Source: Oculina patagonica (Eukaryota). Taken from it: a stretch of DNA of 64,000 nucleotides. The stretch is taken from positions 19,778,001 to 19,842,000 of the forward strand of contig NC_135766.1 of assembly GCF_052425735.1 (NCBI RefSeq), given 5' to 3'. The notes beneath the pieces were generated by a model. The model searched no databases and was not told where the DNA came from. It saw nothing but the letters and a program-made list of their open reading frames with translations. The position numbers and the translations under genes are program-made. The number at the start of each line of letters is the position of its first letter. The stretch's first letter is position 1. Shown in pieces: positions 44,429 to 57,700 of this stretch.

Positions 44429-45029
44429 ATAACATGCAAACTGTGGTGATAAACATTACGGACAAACACATGCCATGTTCTAAAAAAAATATAGACCTTT
44501 TAACTTGACGTTTTGTATGTTTCTACTTACATCTTCAGACATGGAAGTACAACTAAATTAAATTCGAATAACGATAGGATTGAGAGATGACGAAAAACAG
44601 ATGATGAAAATAAACTAATAAAATATCAATACAATGAAATAACAATTTGCAGATAACAAAATGCAAACTAATAAAGATAAAGTTTTTCGCTGCCGACATT
44701 ATAATACAAACAGCGGTGATAAACATTATGAAAAATCGCATTTTACTAAACTTGACGTTTCGTATGCTAAGCTACATACATTTTCAAAAGTATGACCGTT
44801 AAAAATTTGGTACCTAGTTATATACTGTAATGAAAGGGGTCTGGAACCTAGACTGAGACAATTGATCTTCAGCAGTAACTTTTAAAATATTAACGTTTCA
44901 GTTATTTATAATAAAGCAACAACCTCTCACTGCCGACATTGGCATTTAATGGAGGTTGTAGTTCTTGAATAAATTAAGTCTCCTTAATTTTGCAGTGGAG
45001 GTCAGTTTTGTCACCAGTCCCCACGTGCA

Positions 45030-45754
45030 CAGACCCCTACTTCAGGAATTCCCTTCGCCAAAACTCAGGCCACCCAGCCACCTTCAAACAAATGATGTCT
45101 ACAAGATTCCCTGCAATGACTGCAGTTAGAGCTACATTGGAGAAACCGGCAGATGTCTACAGACGCGAAGAAAAGAACACATTAGAAACGTAAAACATTT
45201 TAACAAAGGATCGAACGTCGCAAACTGTATGCATGGATGAACGACCATCAATTTAATTTAAAAATACAAGAGTTATTGACAAAGGAGACTATCGCGTGCG
45301 AAAAACTCTTGACTATCCAATAATTTGTCGATGATTTTGAAAATAGCCTGCGCTTCCCAATGCTTTATACCTCTTTACGAACCAGAAAAAGCCACCATCT
45401 TTAAAGCGGAGTAGACCCTGGGAACGAGGGTGTCGCGGCCATGCCCGTTGAAATAAAATTTCTAACAAATATATCTTCCTGCCTACTGTGGAAAATTTAA
45501 TATGTACAATTCAATTAATGTTCAACTTCAAATAATCCACTCCTTATTTATAACACCCCCCCCCCCCCCTCCTCAACCCAGAGCTTCGCGAGGCCCTGCG
45601 AGTCACGTATTACTAGTTTAAAAATACAAGAGTTATTGACAAAGGAGACTATCGCGTGCGAAAAACTCTTGAGTCATGGCACACTGCCATGACAACTAAA
45701 GCGGACAACAATGCTAGGTCATTACCCCGACAATATTCTATTCTTTTAAAATAG
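45030..45754 (+). pseudogene. Penelope-like GIY-YIG endonuclease relic
   Basis: VYKIPCNDCS*SYIGETGRCLQTRRKEHIRNVK from 45097; the C-terminal part NTRVIDKGDYRVRKTLESWHT...LPRQYSIL resumes at ~45620 after an insertion. Confidence 0.85.
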
Positions 45755-46003
45755 TTTTATTCATTCACCAAATTCTTACTATCCACAAATTTATGTTTTA
45801 TATCTTCCTTTAGATGTTTAAAGACAATGTTTATCATGGATTAAGTTGCCTACCACTACTAGTGCAGAACAGTTAAAATTACAACAAAAATCCGCGAAAT
45901 CCTTATGACAGAGCTCCTTTAAGGAGGTATCATTCAGTGCAATTTGAGAATTATATTTATCCTGCAAGTCCAATCAGTTGTAGAAATCAGATAGCGAAAC
46001 TTT

Positions 46004-46470
46004 ATACCTTTAGGTTACTCATTTTAGCGATTTTTTCAGAGCAAGATTTAGCGACTATTTAAAAGTTAGTGATATCGTGTAAACCAGTTTTTAATGAACG
46101 TATATCTAACATGAAAATATTTTTTTAGCAAAAGAACAAAGTCATTTGAAATTGAAGGAAAATTCACATTGCAGAAAGAACAAAGTTACCAACACCTATT
46201 TTTAAAAGAATTTTTCAATTCGACTATGCTTAATTTTGTTTCCCTTTGTGGTGAAAGGTAGCCTGAATTTCAGACATCCCTCTGTGCTCGCCTACTCGCC
46301 AGAAGAGCTCTTCTGGCGAGTAGGCGAGCACAGAGGGATGTCTGAAATTCAGGCTAGGTGGAAGGTGGGTGCTTAAATTAAACGAGACAAATTTTAGCGA
46401 GCACTAAATTTAGCGATTTTTGCCCAACTCGCTAAAATTAGTAGCCGCTAACATGGTAACCTTAAGGTAT
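46004..46470. mobile_element. MITE (TACCTT termini, TTTAGCGA repeats)
   Basis: atacctttaggttac / gtaaccttaaggtat. Confidence 0.75.
46259..46356. mobile_element. Perfect 98-bp palindrome with 9-bp TSD
   Basis: 49+49 bp exact inverted repeat with no loop; TSD ggtgaaagg / ggtggaagg. Confidence 0.92.
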
Positions 46471-47352
46471 ATTAAAGTCTCCAAGTAAACGTGGAGTTGA
46501 TTTCAGTTGACTGTTGCATTACAGAAAGGTATTTCATATTCGGCTTTGTTTTTATGCGAACCCATATCGCAAAAAAAATAAAAACAACTAAAAATATCCA
46601 CACAATTTAATTTAATATTTTCTAGTTTCCTTGAAGTTTAACCCTCCTGTTATGGGTTAAGACAACAAGAAAAGCAACATATTTAAAATTTTGAGGTTTT
46701 GCTTATGAAGAAGCTAGATATTTAATTACGGAAAACCCCGATCACCCTTGAGTGGTAAAGTGGACTATTTTGACAAGCTGAAAAACCGGGTAAATGAAAA
46801 AAGCAGATTGTTTTATCAGCGATCAAATATAAGCAACTGAGGCCAGCATTTTAAAAGCTTTATTTGTCATTTTGAACAAAAGTGTAGAATGAGCTGTTTA
46901 GTATATCCGTCACCCATTTCCGATTAAATAACGAATTCATGGCTTTTTCACTGTCCCCACGCCGTAATTTGTAACTTTTAATAAGCCAAACTGAAAACTA
47001 GCAAAAATACAGTTAATGATACGACTGCTGAAGTTGAGTCATTTTCACCGTTTCCTGTGAATTGCGTTTTGTTTGCTCAGCATATCGCAGACAAAAGGGA
47101 TAAACACGATGCCACTGCAAAAGGCGTCACTACATAAAGAGGCGCTGCAAAAGCCGACAACATCTTTCGCTCTGAGACAACACAGCTGCACGCATCAAAA
47201 GTTAAACGTCGCATTAGCCAAGCAACGTCAGATTTCTAAATAAACTTGCCATTTCTTTTTAACGCCATATTCATCATTTTGTATCAATCCACGCCACATA
47301 TTAATCAACTACGCTCGCGGGAAAAGAGGGTTGCTTAGTTTTCATCGATAAA

Positions 47353-48426
47353 ATGAATTCCACTGAAAATTCTTCGCAGATCGCGCAAGAATGGAAAGAA
47401 CTCGTGACAACTTTCTATCGTGTGGACATCGCCTCTGGAATCTTTCTGGCTGTAGTATCCATCGCCACAACATTAGGAAACGGGCTTTTGTTACTCGCCA
47501 TCTGGAAAGACCCTTTTAAAACATTTAGAACGCCAATTACATTCTTTGTCATCGGATTAGCGGCAGCAGATTTTCTTACTGGGATCGCGGTTTGTCCTAT
47601 GTATGCCGTACAGTACATCGCTTTGTATTTAGCCTTTAAAAGCAGGGATACTTCGATGCTGCAAGGGACTTTCAAGGCAATGCAAATCGGTCATCACATT
47701 TCTGTGGTAACCATGAACAGTTCGTACATTGTTCTATTGCTTTTCACGTGGAGTCAGTTCACAGCTATAAGTTTTCCGCACAAGCACAGGTCTCTTGTCA
47801 CAAAAAAGCGAGTTATGGCGAGCGTCATCTTCACTTGGTTTTACTCCACGGCATTTGCTCTATTTTCCCTGATACAAGTGGCACAGATCACCCTTTTTAA
47901 AATCGACCTCTACTTCCACACCACTGGTAGCCTTTTTCTTCTAGCCGTCGCGTATTTCTGTTTGTACAAGGCATTCAGGAGGCAAGTGAGACGACTTCAT
48001 TCGCTGAAATCAAACAATACTGTAGCAAGACAACAAGGGCGGCGAAGAAACAGGCGAGAAAGGCAATTTACGGTGGTCAATCTTCTTTTGCTGACGTTTG
48101 TTATTGCTTGCACCGTTCCTACAGCAGTTGTCTCATATTTGTCTCTTTACTGGAACACCAAAAACCCGTTTCATTCCCTCAAGCTTCAGATTGCAGTCTT
48201 ACTTACAAACGATGTGTTGTTTCTCAAGTTTGCCCTTGATCCTCTTATATACGCCTGGCGTCTTGCGCAATACCGAAGGGCGCTCAAGTCCATACTTACC
48301 TGCAGTCGGCAAAGGAATGATGTCGACGAATTTCTTTCTTATTCAATGAATAATCAGACTGGAGTCTCTTTCCGAAGAAGGGAATTAAACAGGGATGTCG
48401 CCATGGTGAGCAACTGGGCTACATAG
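47353..48426 (+). CDS. Class A orphan GPCR, paralog 3, 357 aa (inverted)
   Basis: Intact ORF with the same motifs; extra C-tail segment NDVDEFLSYSMN. Confidence 0.93.
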   Translation: MNSTENSSQIAQEWKELVTTFYRVDIASGIFLAVVSIATTLGNGLLLLAIWKDPFKTFRTPITFFVIGLAAADFLTGIAVCPMYAVQYIALYLAFKSRDTSMLQGTFKAMQIGHHISVVTMNSSYIVLLLFTWSQFTAISFPHKHRSLVTKKRVMASVIFTWFYSTAFALFSLIQVAQITLFKIDLYFHTTGSLFLLAVAYFCLYKAFRRQVRRLHSLKSNNTVARQQGRRRNRRERQFTVVNLLLLTFVIACTVPTAVVSYLSLYWNTKNPFHSLKLQIAVLLTNDVLFLKFALDPLIYAWRLAQYRRALKSILTCSRQRNDVDEFLSYSMNNQTGVSFRRRELNRDVAMVSNWAT

Positions 48427-48780
48427 TTTGACGGGACAGAATTCCCTGAATTTTCTTTCTATACCTCCAGATAAAGGCCGAACTCCAATTGATTTTTTTT
48501 AGAAGCACGTGTTTCCATATTTAAACTGCTGATCATTCACTGTCTAGAACTTGGTTAGTCAGACCTGTTTTTTACCCATTTACAAGACATTTAATGAACT
48601 TTCCAAACACATCGGTGTTACCACTGAAAGCAACAAAACGATGACGTTCATCTTATTTGCATATTCGCAATTTTTTTCGACATCGGCTGACCTAACACTA
48701 AAACAACCTTGTTTTTTTCTCTACTAACAGGTATGCTTGTAGGCAAGGTTGTAGATCCTCAAGACTGTCAACTTTGATGC

Positions 48781-48822
48781 GGTCGGTCGGTCGGTCGGTC
48801 GGTCGGTCGGTCAGTCAGTCAG
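48781..48822 (+). repeat. (GGTC)n/(AGTC)n microsatellite
   Basis: Direct reading. Confidence 0.9.
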
Positions 48823-50148
48823 CCAAACAAATAAAATACGTCAGCAAATGCCATACACGTAACGTTTTGTTCATTTCTATTAAGTATTCAACTTGCAATT
48901 GTAAGAACCTGAAAACAAGCTTTAAATTATAATCATAGTCAAGATAAATCAAATAAAAATTAAATTTATGTACTCAACAGAAAATGAGAAGCAAAATTCA
49001 TGAAACGAAAATAAGAGTTGCCTTAATCAGGCTAAGAAATTGTTTGCACACTACATGTCATGAATGAACTATCCAATGGAAAAAAAAAAAAACGCAAAAA
49101 CAAAAAACACGAACTTGTCTTATACAAAATATATGTTAAAATATTCCTAAGCACTTGATATTATTATTGACAATCAGAGATTATATTAAGTATCGATTAT
49201 TCTACTTGAGGCCGAAGTTCATCTTCCGCTTTTTAATTCGTGACCACTTTAATAAATGTAGGGTCAATTTTGACGAAAGAGCGAAATAAAACTTTACTCC
49301 AGTTCATATTTAAGAAAATGTTTTCGGAAATCAAATGGAACGATTTCTCCGAGATTTTCACTCAATGTAGTAGGTTACTATATTAAATTCATTTAAGGCC
49401 AAAAATGTATTGCATCAAGCTTTGTGGACAAACTTTTCAAAAAAAAAAGATTTAGAAATTGTAATTTTTTTTAACTTCGCCCTACATTTTCTCGAAAACG
49501 CTCTCGTAAAAATTCTTAAGATTTTGCAGACCTCAAGAAAAAAATATGTTAGATCAAAGATCCAAAAGGGGGTTTTCAAAATTGTCTCTAGATGATAAGT
49601 TGGGTTGACGTCATTACGTAGCTATTATATCTTCAATTTTGATAAATCGTCTTTGTCTAGTGCAGCTGTAACAATCGATTTTCTGTCGGATTCGTTATAG
49701 TGGTACATTTATTGGTCAAAGTTGAAAACCTGTATCGTCACACAAAAACACGATCGAGCCACCTTAACAAGACATAGATGGAACAGCCAAAGGCTTTGGC
49801 ATTACCCTCCCCCAAAGGAGATTTGGAGAGCTAAGGGGCAATACAAGGAAAGCCTTCCCGTATGGTAATGCATGTCCGTCAGAGCAAACCTATCCGAGGC
49901 CGCAAATTAAGCTGTTTAGCCCAGCTGCCAATCATGAAAATTGGAAACCAGTCCTAAAAAAAAGTCAAAGCGAAGTCTTTGCTGAAACGAGGAAAAAACT
50001 GACTTTACCCACCCCATCATCCTGTTACAACTGTCCAGGTCGAAGCCGCCACGCCCCTCCCAATTTCTCCGACGTCACTGGCTTAAGGTCGACTGAGTCA
50101 AGCACAGATCCCGGAGTCGACGTTTTGAAAAAATCAGGACAAAACGTG

Positions 50149-50469
50149 TACCGTAGAATTCCGGTTATAAGCCCTGGGCTTATACAACTTCGTAAGGGTT
50201 TTTGGGTGGACTTATAAGCGGAGGGGCTTATATCCGGGAGGGCTTATAAGCGGAATGAAAAAAAAGTTTCGTTGCGAGCCTCGGGAGTGTTGATCGAAAT
50301 ACGTTTTTAAGTTAAAACGCACAAAAAGCAACATTAAGCCCTGTTCAGTACTGTCATCCGGTAGAGGGGGGCTTATATCCGGGGGGGCTTGTATAATCGG
50401 ATGTATTTTTTTGTTTCCAGGTTGATGGGCCTATAACCGGGGGGGGCTTATAACCGGAATTTTACGGTA
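50149..50469. mobile_element. MITE (TACCGTA termini, GGGCTTATA repeats)
   Basis: taccgtagaattccggttataagccc / gggcttataaccggaattttacggta. Confidence 0.88.
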
Positions 50470-51389
50470 TCTAAAGGAATTCTATAGGACCCGACATAAT
50501 GTCATTAGGTAGCTGTCATAAACGGTTATTACGCCCACAGAGATTCATTACAAAAAAGCGTAGAGTGCAGTCACACTCTTCATTGGGAGAATCAAAAAAG
50601 GCAAATTTCATAAGTGAATATTTTATTTATCGTATATATTATTATTTTACTTTTTTGTACCGTTTTAGCCATCGCTGATGGATAACGCTTATTCTAATCA
50701 ATAGTAAAAATGTTGGAGATCCGAACACTTGAATTTAAATTCTTAATTTACAAAATTTGAAATTGTGGATCTCGATTGAGCCACGCACTTTGGAGAGAAA
50801 CCAGTTACCTCCATAAGTGTTGGCGTATCTTTAAAACTCAAGTAGGAATGAGTCGCGGAAAATACATTTAAGACCATATTAGTTATATTAGCTTTCGAGT
50901 GATACAGCTCTATTTAGATTTTTATTTTTACATTATATTGCACTGAAATAGCTTAGAAAAATTCGAGATTAAAGTAGTAGTTAAATGGTCCTTTGTTTAC
51001 AAATATTCTCGACTGTTTTCTAGATTGTTACGTTTACGTTACATCTTAAACAACGAAAAAATCGGAAAGAAAGCACAGTTGTTGGCACGGTAGGGTTTGT
51101 ACGTATCTCTCGCAACAATTCTAACAAACAAAATCTGTCTGAGAGAATAGACCATTTAGTATTTAGACGACCTTCTAAAGGCGATATTATTTTCATACAC
51201 AATACTACTTTAAAAAGTGCTTATGATCTATTGGATTTTTTTCGTGTCAGCTATCGTGTAACACTGATAATTTATACTATAAAAAGTAGAAACTATAAAC
51301 CATTGAATTGAATTTAAAAACTTATAAAAACGCTACTTAGGGTATCATAATGACTCTTGGTTTTAGGCCATCGTAACTTGATTAAAAAC

Positions 51390-51677
51390 ATGAAACAAAC
51401 AGCGGTAATAAACATTATGAAAAATCGCACTTTACTAACTTGACTATTCGTATGCTAAGCTGCATACATTTTCAAAAGTATGAAACGTTAATATTAAGTT
51501 ACTGCTGAAGATCAGTTGTATCAGTCTAGATTCCAGACCCCTTTCATAACAATATATAAAAAGTTGTCAAAAATGTGTAACGGTCATACTTTTGAAAATG
51601 TATGTAGCTTAGCATACGAAACGTTAAGTTAGTAAAGTGCGATTTTTCATAATGTTTATAACCGCTGTTTGTTTCAT
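51390..51677. mobile_element. Foldback element (~100-bp arms) just 3' of the cadherin stop; partial copy at 44706-44890
   Basis: atgaaacaaacagcggt...cgtta / taacggt...accgctgtttgtttcat. Confidence 0.8.
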
Positions 51678-51716
51678 ATTTTCATCTACTTAGGGTGCTG
51701 GTAGCAGTTTTTCAGG

Positions 51717-54700
51717 TTATATGCTAGTGACTATATATTTTGATGAATAGTATTTTCTGTCTGTCATTGGCGAAGACTCGTACGCTTCAGGGGATGGCGG
51801 CGTTGTGGAACTTTTCCTGCTTCCAGAATAACTTGCTCCCATTTTGTCACTTCTATTGTCCTCCTCGTTTCCGTCAGTTGAGGATTCCTGTAATAAAGTC
51901 AGTATGGCGCGACATTAGGATTAAAACTTATAATTTTACCTGCTTAGAGTGGTTTTGACTTGAGTGTCGAAAGTTATTTGTTTACTTTGGTTTTGCATCA
52001 CAACGTTTTGCGATTGGTTTAAAAATCTCGCGCCACTTTCTTAGCCAATCAGAACTAAAAGCAAAACCAATCGTGACTCGCTCACGCACGTTTTCCCGCG
52101 CTTCGTGCCGGTGACATGTATTTGCTTCGTGTTTTGATTGGCTCACTGGATTGTCTGTGTACTTTGTGATTGGCCAGAGTAATTACTTTACTTTTGGTTT
52201 TACGACTTTCAATTGAAAACTGCCCTATCAAACGTTGTCGCATTGGTAAAGATCGATGCATCAAATTATCAAATACCGCGAGTAGTTCCATGATGTAATC
52301 AGCTAGAAAAGTGAAGTGAGATCAGGGTTAAAAGTAATTCTGACAAGTTCAAAAATTTGTATGATATAAAAGCGTACGGGTTTTTACCTCGGGGTGGTAC
52401 CCTCCCTCCCGGGTGGAGTGGGGTGGGGAGGGGTGTAGGTGTTGTATGGAAACATACAAAATCGATTTATTTCCAGAGTGTCAAGATTTTAGAGCAGTCC
52501 TCGCTCATACCTTTGATCGCGTCATTTGCCGAATTTTGGTGCCGATACATACTAGTTATGCAACGCTTTCGAGTGGTATACTATGGAATATCCCACGAGT
52601 CACTTGTATTTTCTCGGTATACACGCGAGCCTTTAGGCGAGTGTGTATGCTAAGAAAATACAAGTGACAAGTGGGATATTCCATAGTATACCACGAGAAA
52701 GTGTTGTGTAACTATTTTATACCATGCCATAGAAAATACGCTTACTAAATTTCGTCGAGAATACAGTCGCAGCGCACTATGGGAAGGTTGGGTTGAATAC
52801 CGTCGAATATTCAACGGCTTTCCTGTATTCTGATTGGCTGTATTTTCTATGGCATGGTATAAATTGCTATATGTGGTTACTATAATTTAAATTTAAGCTA
52901 AGTGTTAAAGGAAAGATAAATGTCTAACATCTTCTCAAATGTGTGTCAGGGGGGGCTTTATTCTGCTAAAATGGTTTGTTTTGATTGATTGATATTTAGG
53001 CAAAAATTATCTGCACTATCTTGTTGCATTTTTATACACAAGTTTTGAGTTAACATTACAGTTACAGTAAATTAACGCATCGATTATTAGATTTAGATTA
53101 AAATGCAAGCAAACTTTTTTCGCTAGAACAGTTCACTGCTATGCGAACCAATCTATCCCAGGATAAAGAATATATATATATATATAAAAACAGCAAAAGA
53201 AGTTAAAACAATCAGAACAAAGAATTTAGTAAAGAGGTTAGTAAAATTAAGGGGCTGTTTCACGCAAACAATTAAGATGAAAAATATGCAGATATTAATT
53301 AAAACGATGGATCAAATTAACTCAAAACTGCGTCAAGCTTATTTGGGGGAGAAAAAGGTCTCACGTTGCGCCCTCACAATTTAAGTACAAGAGATTTCTG
53401 ACGACTTCTAAGTTTAAATTTGCCTTGCTAGCTGATGACGAGGTATTGAAGAGATACGTGTAGTGCCTCTGGTTGGTTGATAACTGTGCCGTAATATAGC
53501 ATGCATCAACTGATCAGAGCAACGGATCCCTCTAGTGTTATTCGTCATCAAATTCCAGACACTTCGTCTCGCAAAGGACTGGAAATGAGTGAGCACGCAA
53601 CGAGTGTGGCGTTGGGGTTTAAGTTTCAATAATTTGGTCTTTTATTTTACACCGTGTTACAGCCCCTATAAGAAGAAGATAGAAGAAAGTATTGAGAGCC
53701 GTACCAGTAAAAGAATGAACTGGTGGTGGAGCCGTGGAGTGCTACTCATACCTGTGCCTCGTACAGCTCTTCTTTACCTTCCTCAGCAATGTGAAATGCA
53801 CCTCCATAGAACGGTGAAGGCTCACTGCAAGAAAAAAAACGTCAAAATGACTGTTGGCAGTGTGCTTTTAGGTTGAAATCAAGTCAGTTCTTAAAAACTA
53901 ATACATGTATAAGAAACAAATGTAACGTGCTTCATGCATTTATTATATATTAGCTTATTTGTGCAATAAGTTATATTAGTTGTTTCCTTCTTGCTATAAG
54001 GCACAATGCATAAGGCCACGACATCTTTCTCGATCTGTCTATTGCTGTAAGACTTTCCATTTTGTCTATCATCTTTCAATAAATTGCGCATATTTTGCCA
54101 ATATATGGTCAGGGAGTCCTCGTTATTTTTCAACCGTACATAACTGATATATTTTTCTAAATAATATATTGCGAAACACGAACACTTAGTTTACCAAGAT
54201 TCGTCCGGAGTCTTGCAAAGCGCTGCATAATTACAGTTTATCCAGCTGTAAGGTGCATTTTTGTTGATAGTTTGTTGAATAATAAAACAATTAACCTGCT
54301 CGATCTTGCGTACTTTTGTCGGAGTGCAGTAAGCTAAGGCTAAGGCCTCGTCAGTTTAATATCAGGCGATTTCGCGGGACAGTTTCGAGATCAAGAGGAG
54401 GATTACTCGATATCTGGCTGAGGTGCAACGCTAATTACAACCTATTTTAACATCAAGGATCTCACACATATTTGACAAAATAGTAGCCTTGTATTCCTTG
54501 AAAAAGAACTAGGTGCGTAAGGTGCACACAAAACTTGCTTAAATAAGGCTGAACTGCCGCATAAATTCCCAGGCCTGAAAAGCCCCCGCCTATGCCGATA
54601 TAGGACTACTTCAGAGATATTAAAAGGCTAGAATACGTACGCAACATCTTCTTCATCAGTTCTCAGGCCCCAGTTATGGTACGGGTCAACCCAGATTGGG

Positions 54701-57700
54701 TTTGATCTGCAATATAACGATTATAATATTACCTTAAGGCTTTCATTCATTAAAACGAAAGCTCTATTTCTAAATCATGCTGGAAAGGTGAAAATGTTGA
54801 TGACGTGGTACAGATGTATAAAATCTAGCTCTGCATGGTTTAGCGTTGTACTTAAAAAAGTTTGCCACCCAGCCAGTGTAAGAATCTCAAATGACGTTGC
54901 ATCTCTTTAATGTATCCGCTTGCTTAATTGATATTCCTCTATCTCGCTTAGAGAAAGACCCCTTCGATTTTACCCAAATAATTCCATACCGATAATTAGC
55001 GACACACGTGATATCTTTGTTGATCACGTCATCAGTATGGAAGTTTTCTGGTCGAATCTCGAACGTTTCTTGAGCACGCGAAGAGAAATTTCTGTTTATA
55101 ATCTACAATGAGTGCCAAAGTGTTGAGACACCCGACACTTTTTGAGTACTTTGGACAAATATTACCCCTCACTCCTTCGATATTGCCTCCTCCCCCCGAA
55201 ACAATGTTGTATTTGCTATCTGACCCTATCTGCAAGACTTGCCTTGTTTGTGTACAGCATTGACAAGGGGGAGGGGAAGTGGTTCACAAGCTGCACCGGA
55301 TTAAAAGGGGGAAAATGGGAATGTTCAAGTTAGTATTTATTTCAACCAACTGTCTCAAGGACTTTTGTCGCTCATTGTATATCCAAACTGTTTAAAAAAA
55401 TCCATGAGCCAATGATACAATGTTCAACATTTGATGATTAACAGTAGTCGCCACATTTGTTGCTCAGCAAATGTTGAGCCTTTTATCATTGGCTTTACTT
55501 CCGGCTACCAGCCCTTCAAGTCCGAGACAGGAAGTACAATGATCATGTATACTTACCCTTCAGAGATGTGCATATTTGTTGTTGGGATGGATGACACCGT
55601 TCCATTGTTCACTGAACGAGAGCTAGAGCCTGTCCGAGAAAGATAGAGATTCATTTGTAATTGCGGCCTATAATTGTACACATAAGTGGGAGTTATTTCT
55701 GGCTGTAGCTTGTCAAGAGATTCTCAATTTCAAAGTCCTTCCACAAGAAAGTGAACGAATATTCTTTATGTTTTTAAATTAATGGCAAATAATAGCAAAG
55801 ACGCCGTTAGTCACATCATATTATGAAAAGTTTATGTTACGTGGTTCCGAGAAAAGAATTCATAATACCTTATTGTTACCCCTTTTTGCGGGACTTAATT
55901 TTCAAGATTTTCGCGATTTTCCAATCATCGCGAAATTAAATACCCGCGAAAATTTATTGTTAACGTTTCTGACGTATTTTTTTAATTGTTTCAACGTATT
56001 TGTTTGGTCTAATCGCGAAAATTAAGTCCCGCGAAATATGCACGTTTCATTTTTGAGAAATTAAGTTCCCGCGAAAATAAGTAACAATAAGGTAACTCAG
56101 TGATACCAAGTGAAAGAAAGTCCAGAAAAACTCCCAAACGCGAAAATTGATTCATTTACTGTCAAAAAGGCACATCAGTGGGTGTGTCATATAGAATCTT
56201 CTTTCACATGCGATGGACGAAGAAGAGAAGAACGTCCAACCGAAAGAAAGACGGAACGAACAAACGAGCTTGCAAACAGAACGGAGTGACTGACCACCGA
56301 CTGTCTGATCCACTAATTAAGTTGTAATCACCTAGCTTTCAGCAAAACAGTTTCAGTTTGCAGAAAAGAACTAGTGGTTTAGGCTTAAAAAAGTCATCTA
56401 TTGAAACTGTGCGGTAAAGATTTAACTAAACTTTATAAATCAATAGTTTCCTGCCTACCTCCGTAACTAGCTGCAGTTGCTGCTCTTAATTTCCTCTTTT
56501 GTCTGAAAGTAAAGATAAAATAAAGAAAGATGAAAATAGGTTATTTAGGCTGGTAAAGTGTTTAACATGTTTCCGTTCGTCTCAACTAAAAGAAAAATTC
56601 TTATATTAATAAGAAGGAAAAGTTTACTACCGTAGCCTCTCAACTTCAAATTGAGGTATAAGGACAAAAGTGGTAATATTTATTCCTATTTTCTGTTATG
56701 TGCATATTAAGTTCAATTAATACTTTTGAATTTGCTATAATTACGATATTTTCAGGAACCTTTAAAGGTTTATATCCATAAAGAAAGATACAATACAGTA
56801 CGATAGATACGTACAGTAATTTACATGTAGTATTTTTTGCTTCCAATTCATCAATTCTAAGATTTGAAATTTTAAGAACCTTATCACTGTTACAGGACTC
56901 CAAAGAATCTACTGGAAGTTGTGAACATTTTTTTTTTATCTAAAAACCCATTCACGAATTTGTACTTTCCGTGTCCATAATTATAGACTATCAATCAATT
57001 ACCTAATTGCTAATGTCTTAAGTGTTCAACTACAGCTTTATTTATATACAAAGTACCTTTTCCTCAGCTGGCAAACAACACAGCAGAAAATCAAGATAAT
57101 CAGAGCAAGTAGAATACCCAGGCCGATAACCACAGCTAATACAATAGGGAACTCATCTTGTGTCTGGGCTTCGACGTGGGCCTAATAATAATAAGAGTAA
57201 TTAGACTATAATAGTAAAATGTAAACATAACGATTATCCTGCATTTAACAAAACGAAATTTTTAGTAAATCAAGTAAAAATTATTCAACGAGTTCTACGA
57301 TTTCAAGAGGCAACGTTATTATGATTTCTTTGTTACTTGGCAAAGAATAATTCAAAAAACGGAAATATTATTGTTCAAGTTTACTAATTCTTGTCTGTTT
57401 TGAGTTATATTCTTACATATAGTGAAACCCTTAATTGAACGAACCGGCGCTTTATAACGAAGTTCCCGGTGTGACGAACGATATTCTTCAGCCCGGCCAA
57501 ACTTACTTACAGTCACATGTTTTGGAACAGAACCCCAGGATAACGAATTCCTGGCCATTATAACGAACTCATTTCCCCGGCTCCCTCATGAAAGTAAAAT
57601 AGTGAGCATACCTTTACTTCTTTTATTTCCCACTCCTGGAAGAATTTCAGATGCTTGTCATAGTTGTTGTCTATTTTGCTACAGAAAAGTGAAAAGAGAC

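Larger units (their letters stand above)
31494..44700 (+). repeat. Tandem segmental duplication, unit B (expanded by insertions)
   Basis: Colinear with 20872-30830. Confidence 0.88.

Noticed and set aside
55000-55040. Minus-strand CTGATGA followed by a cgtgat/atcacg stem
   Set aside because: No GAAA after the stem, so not a hammerhead.
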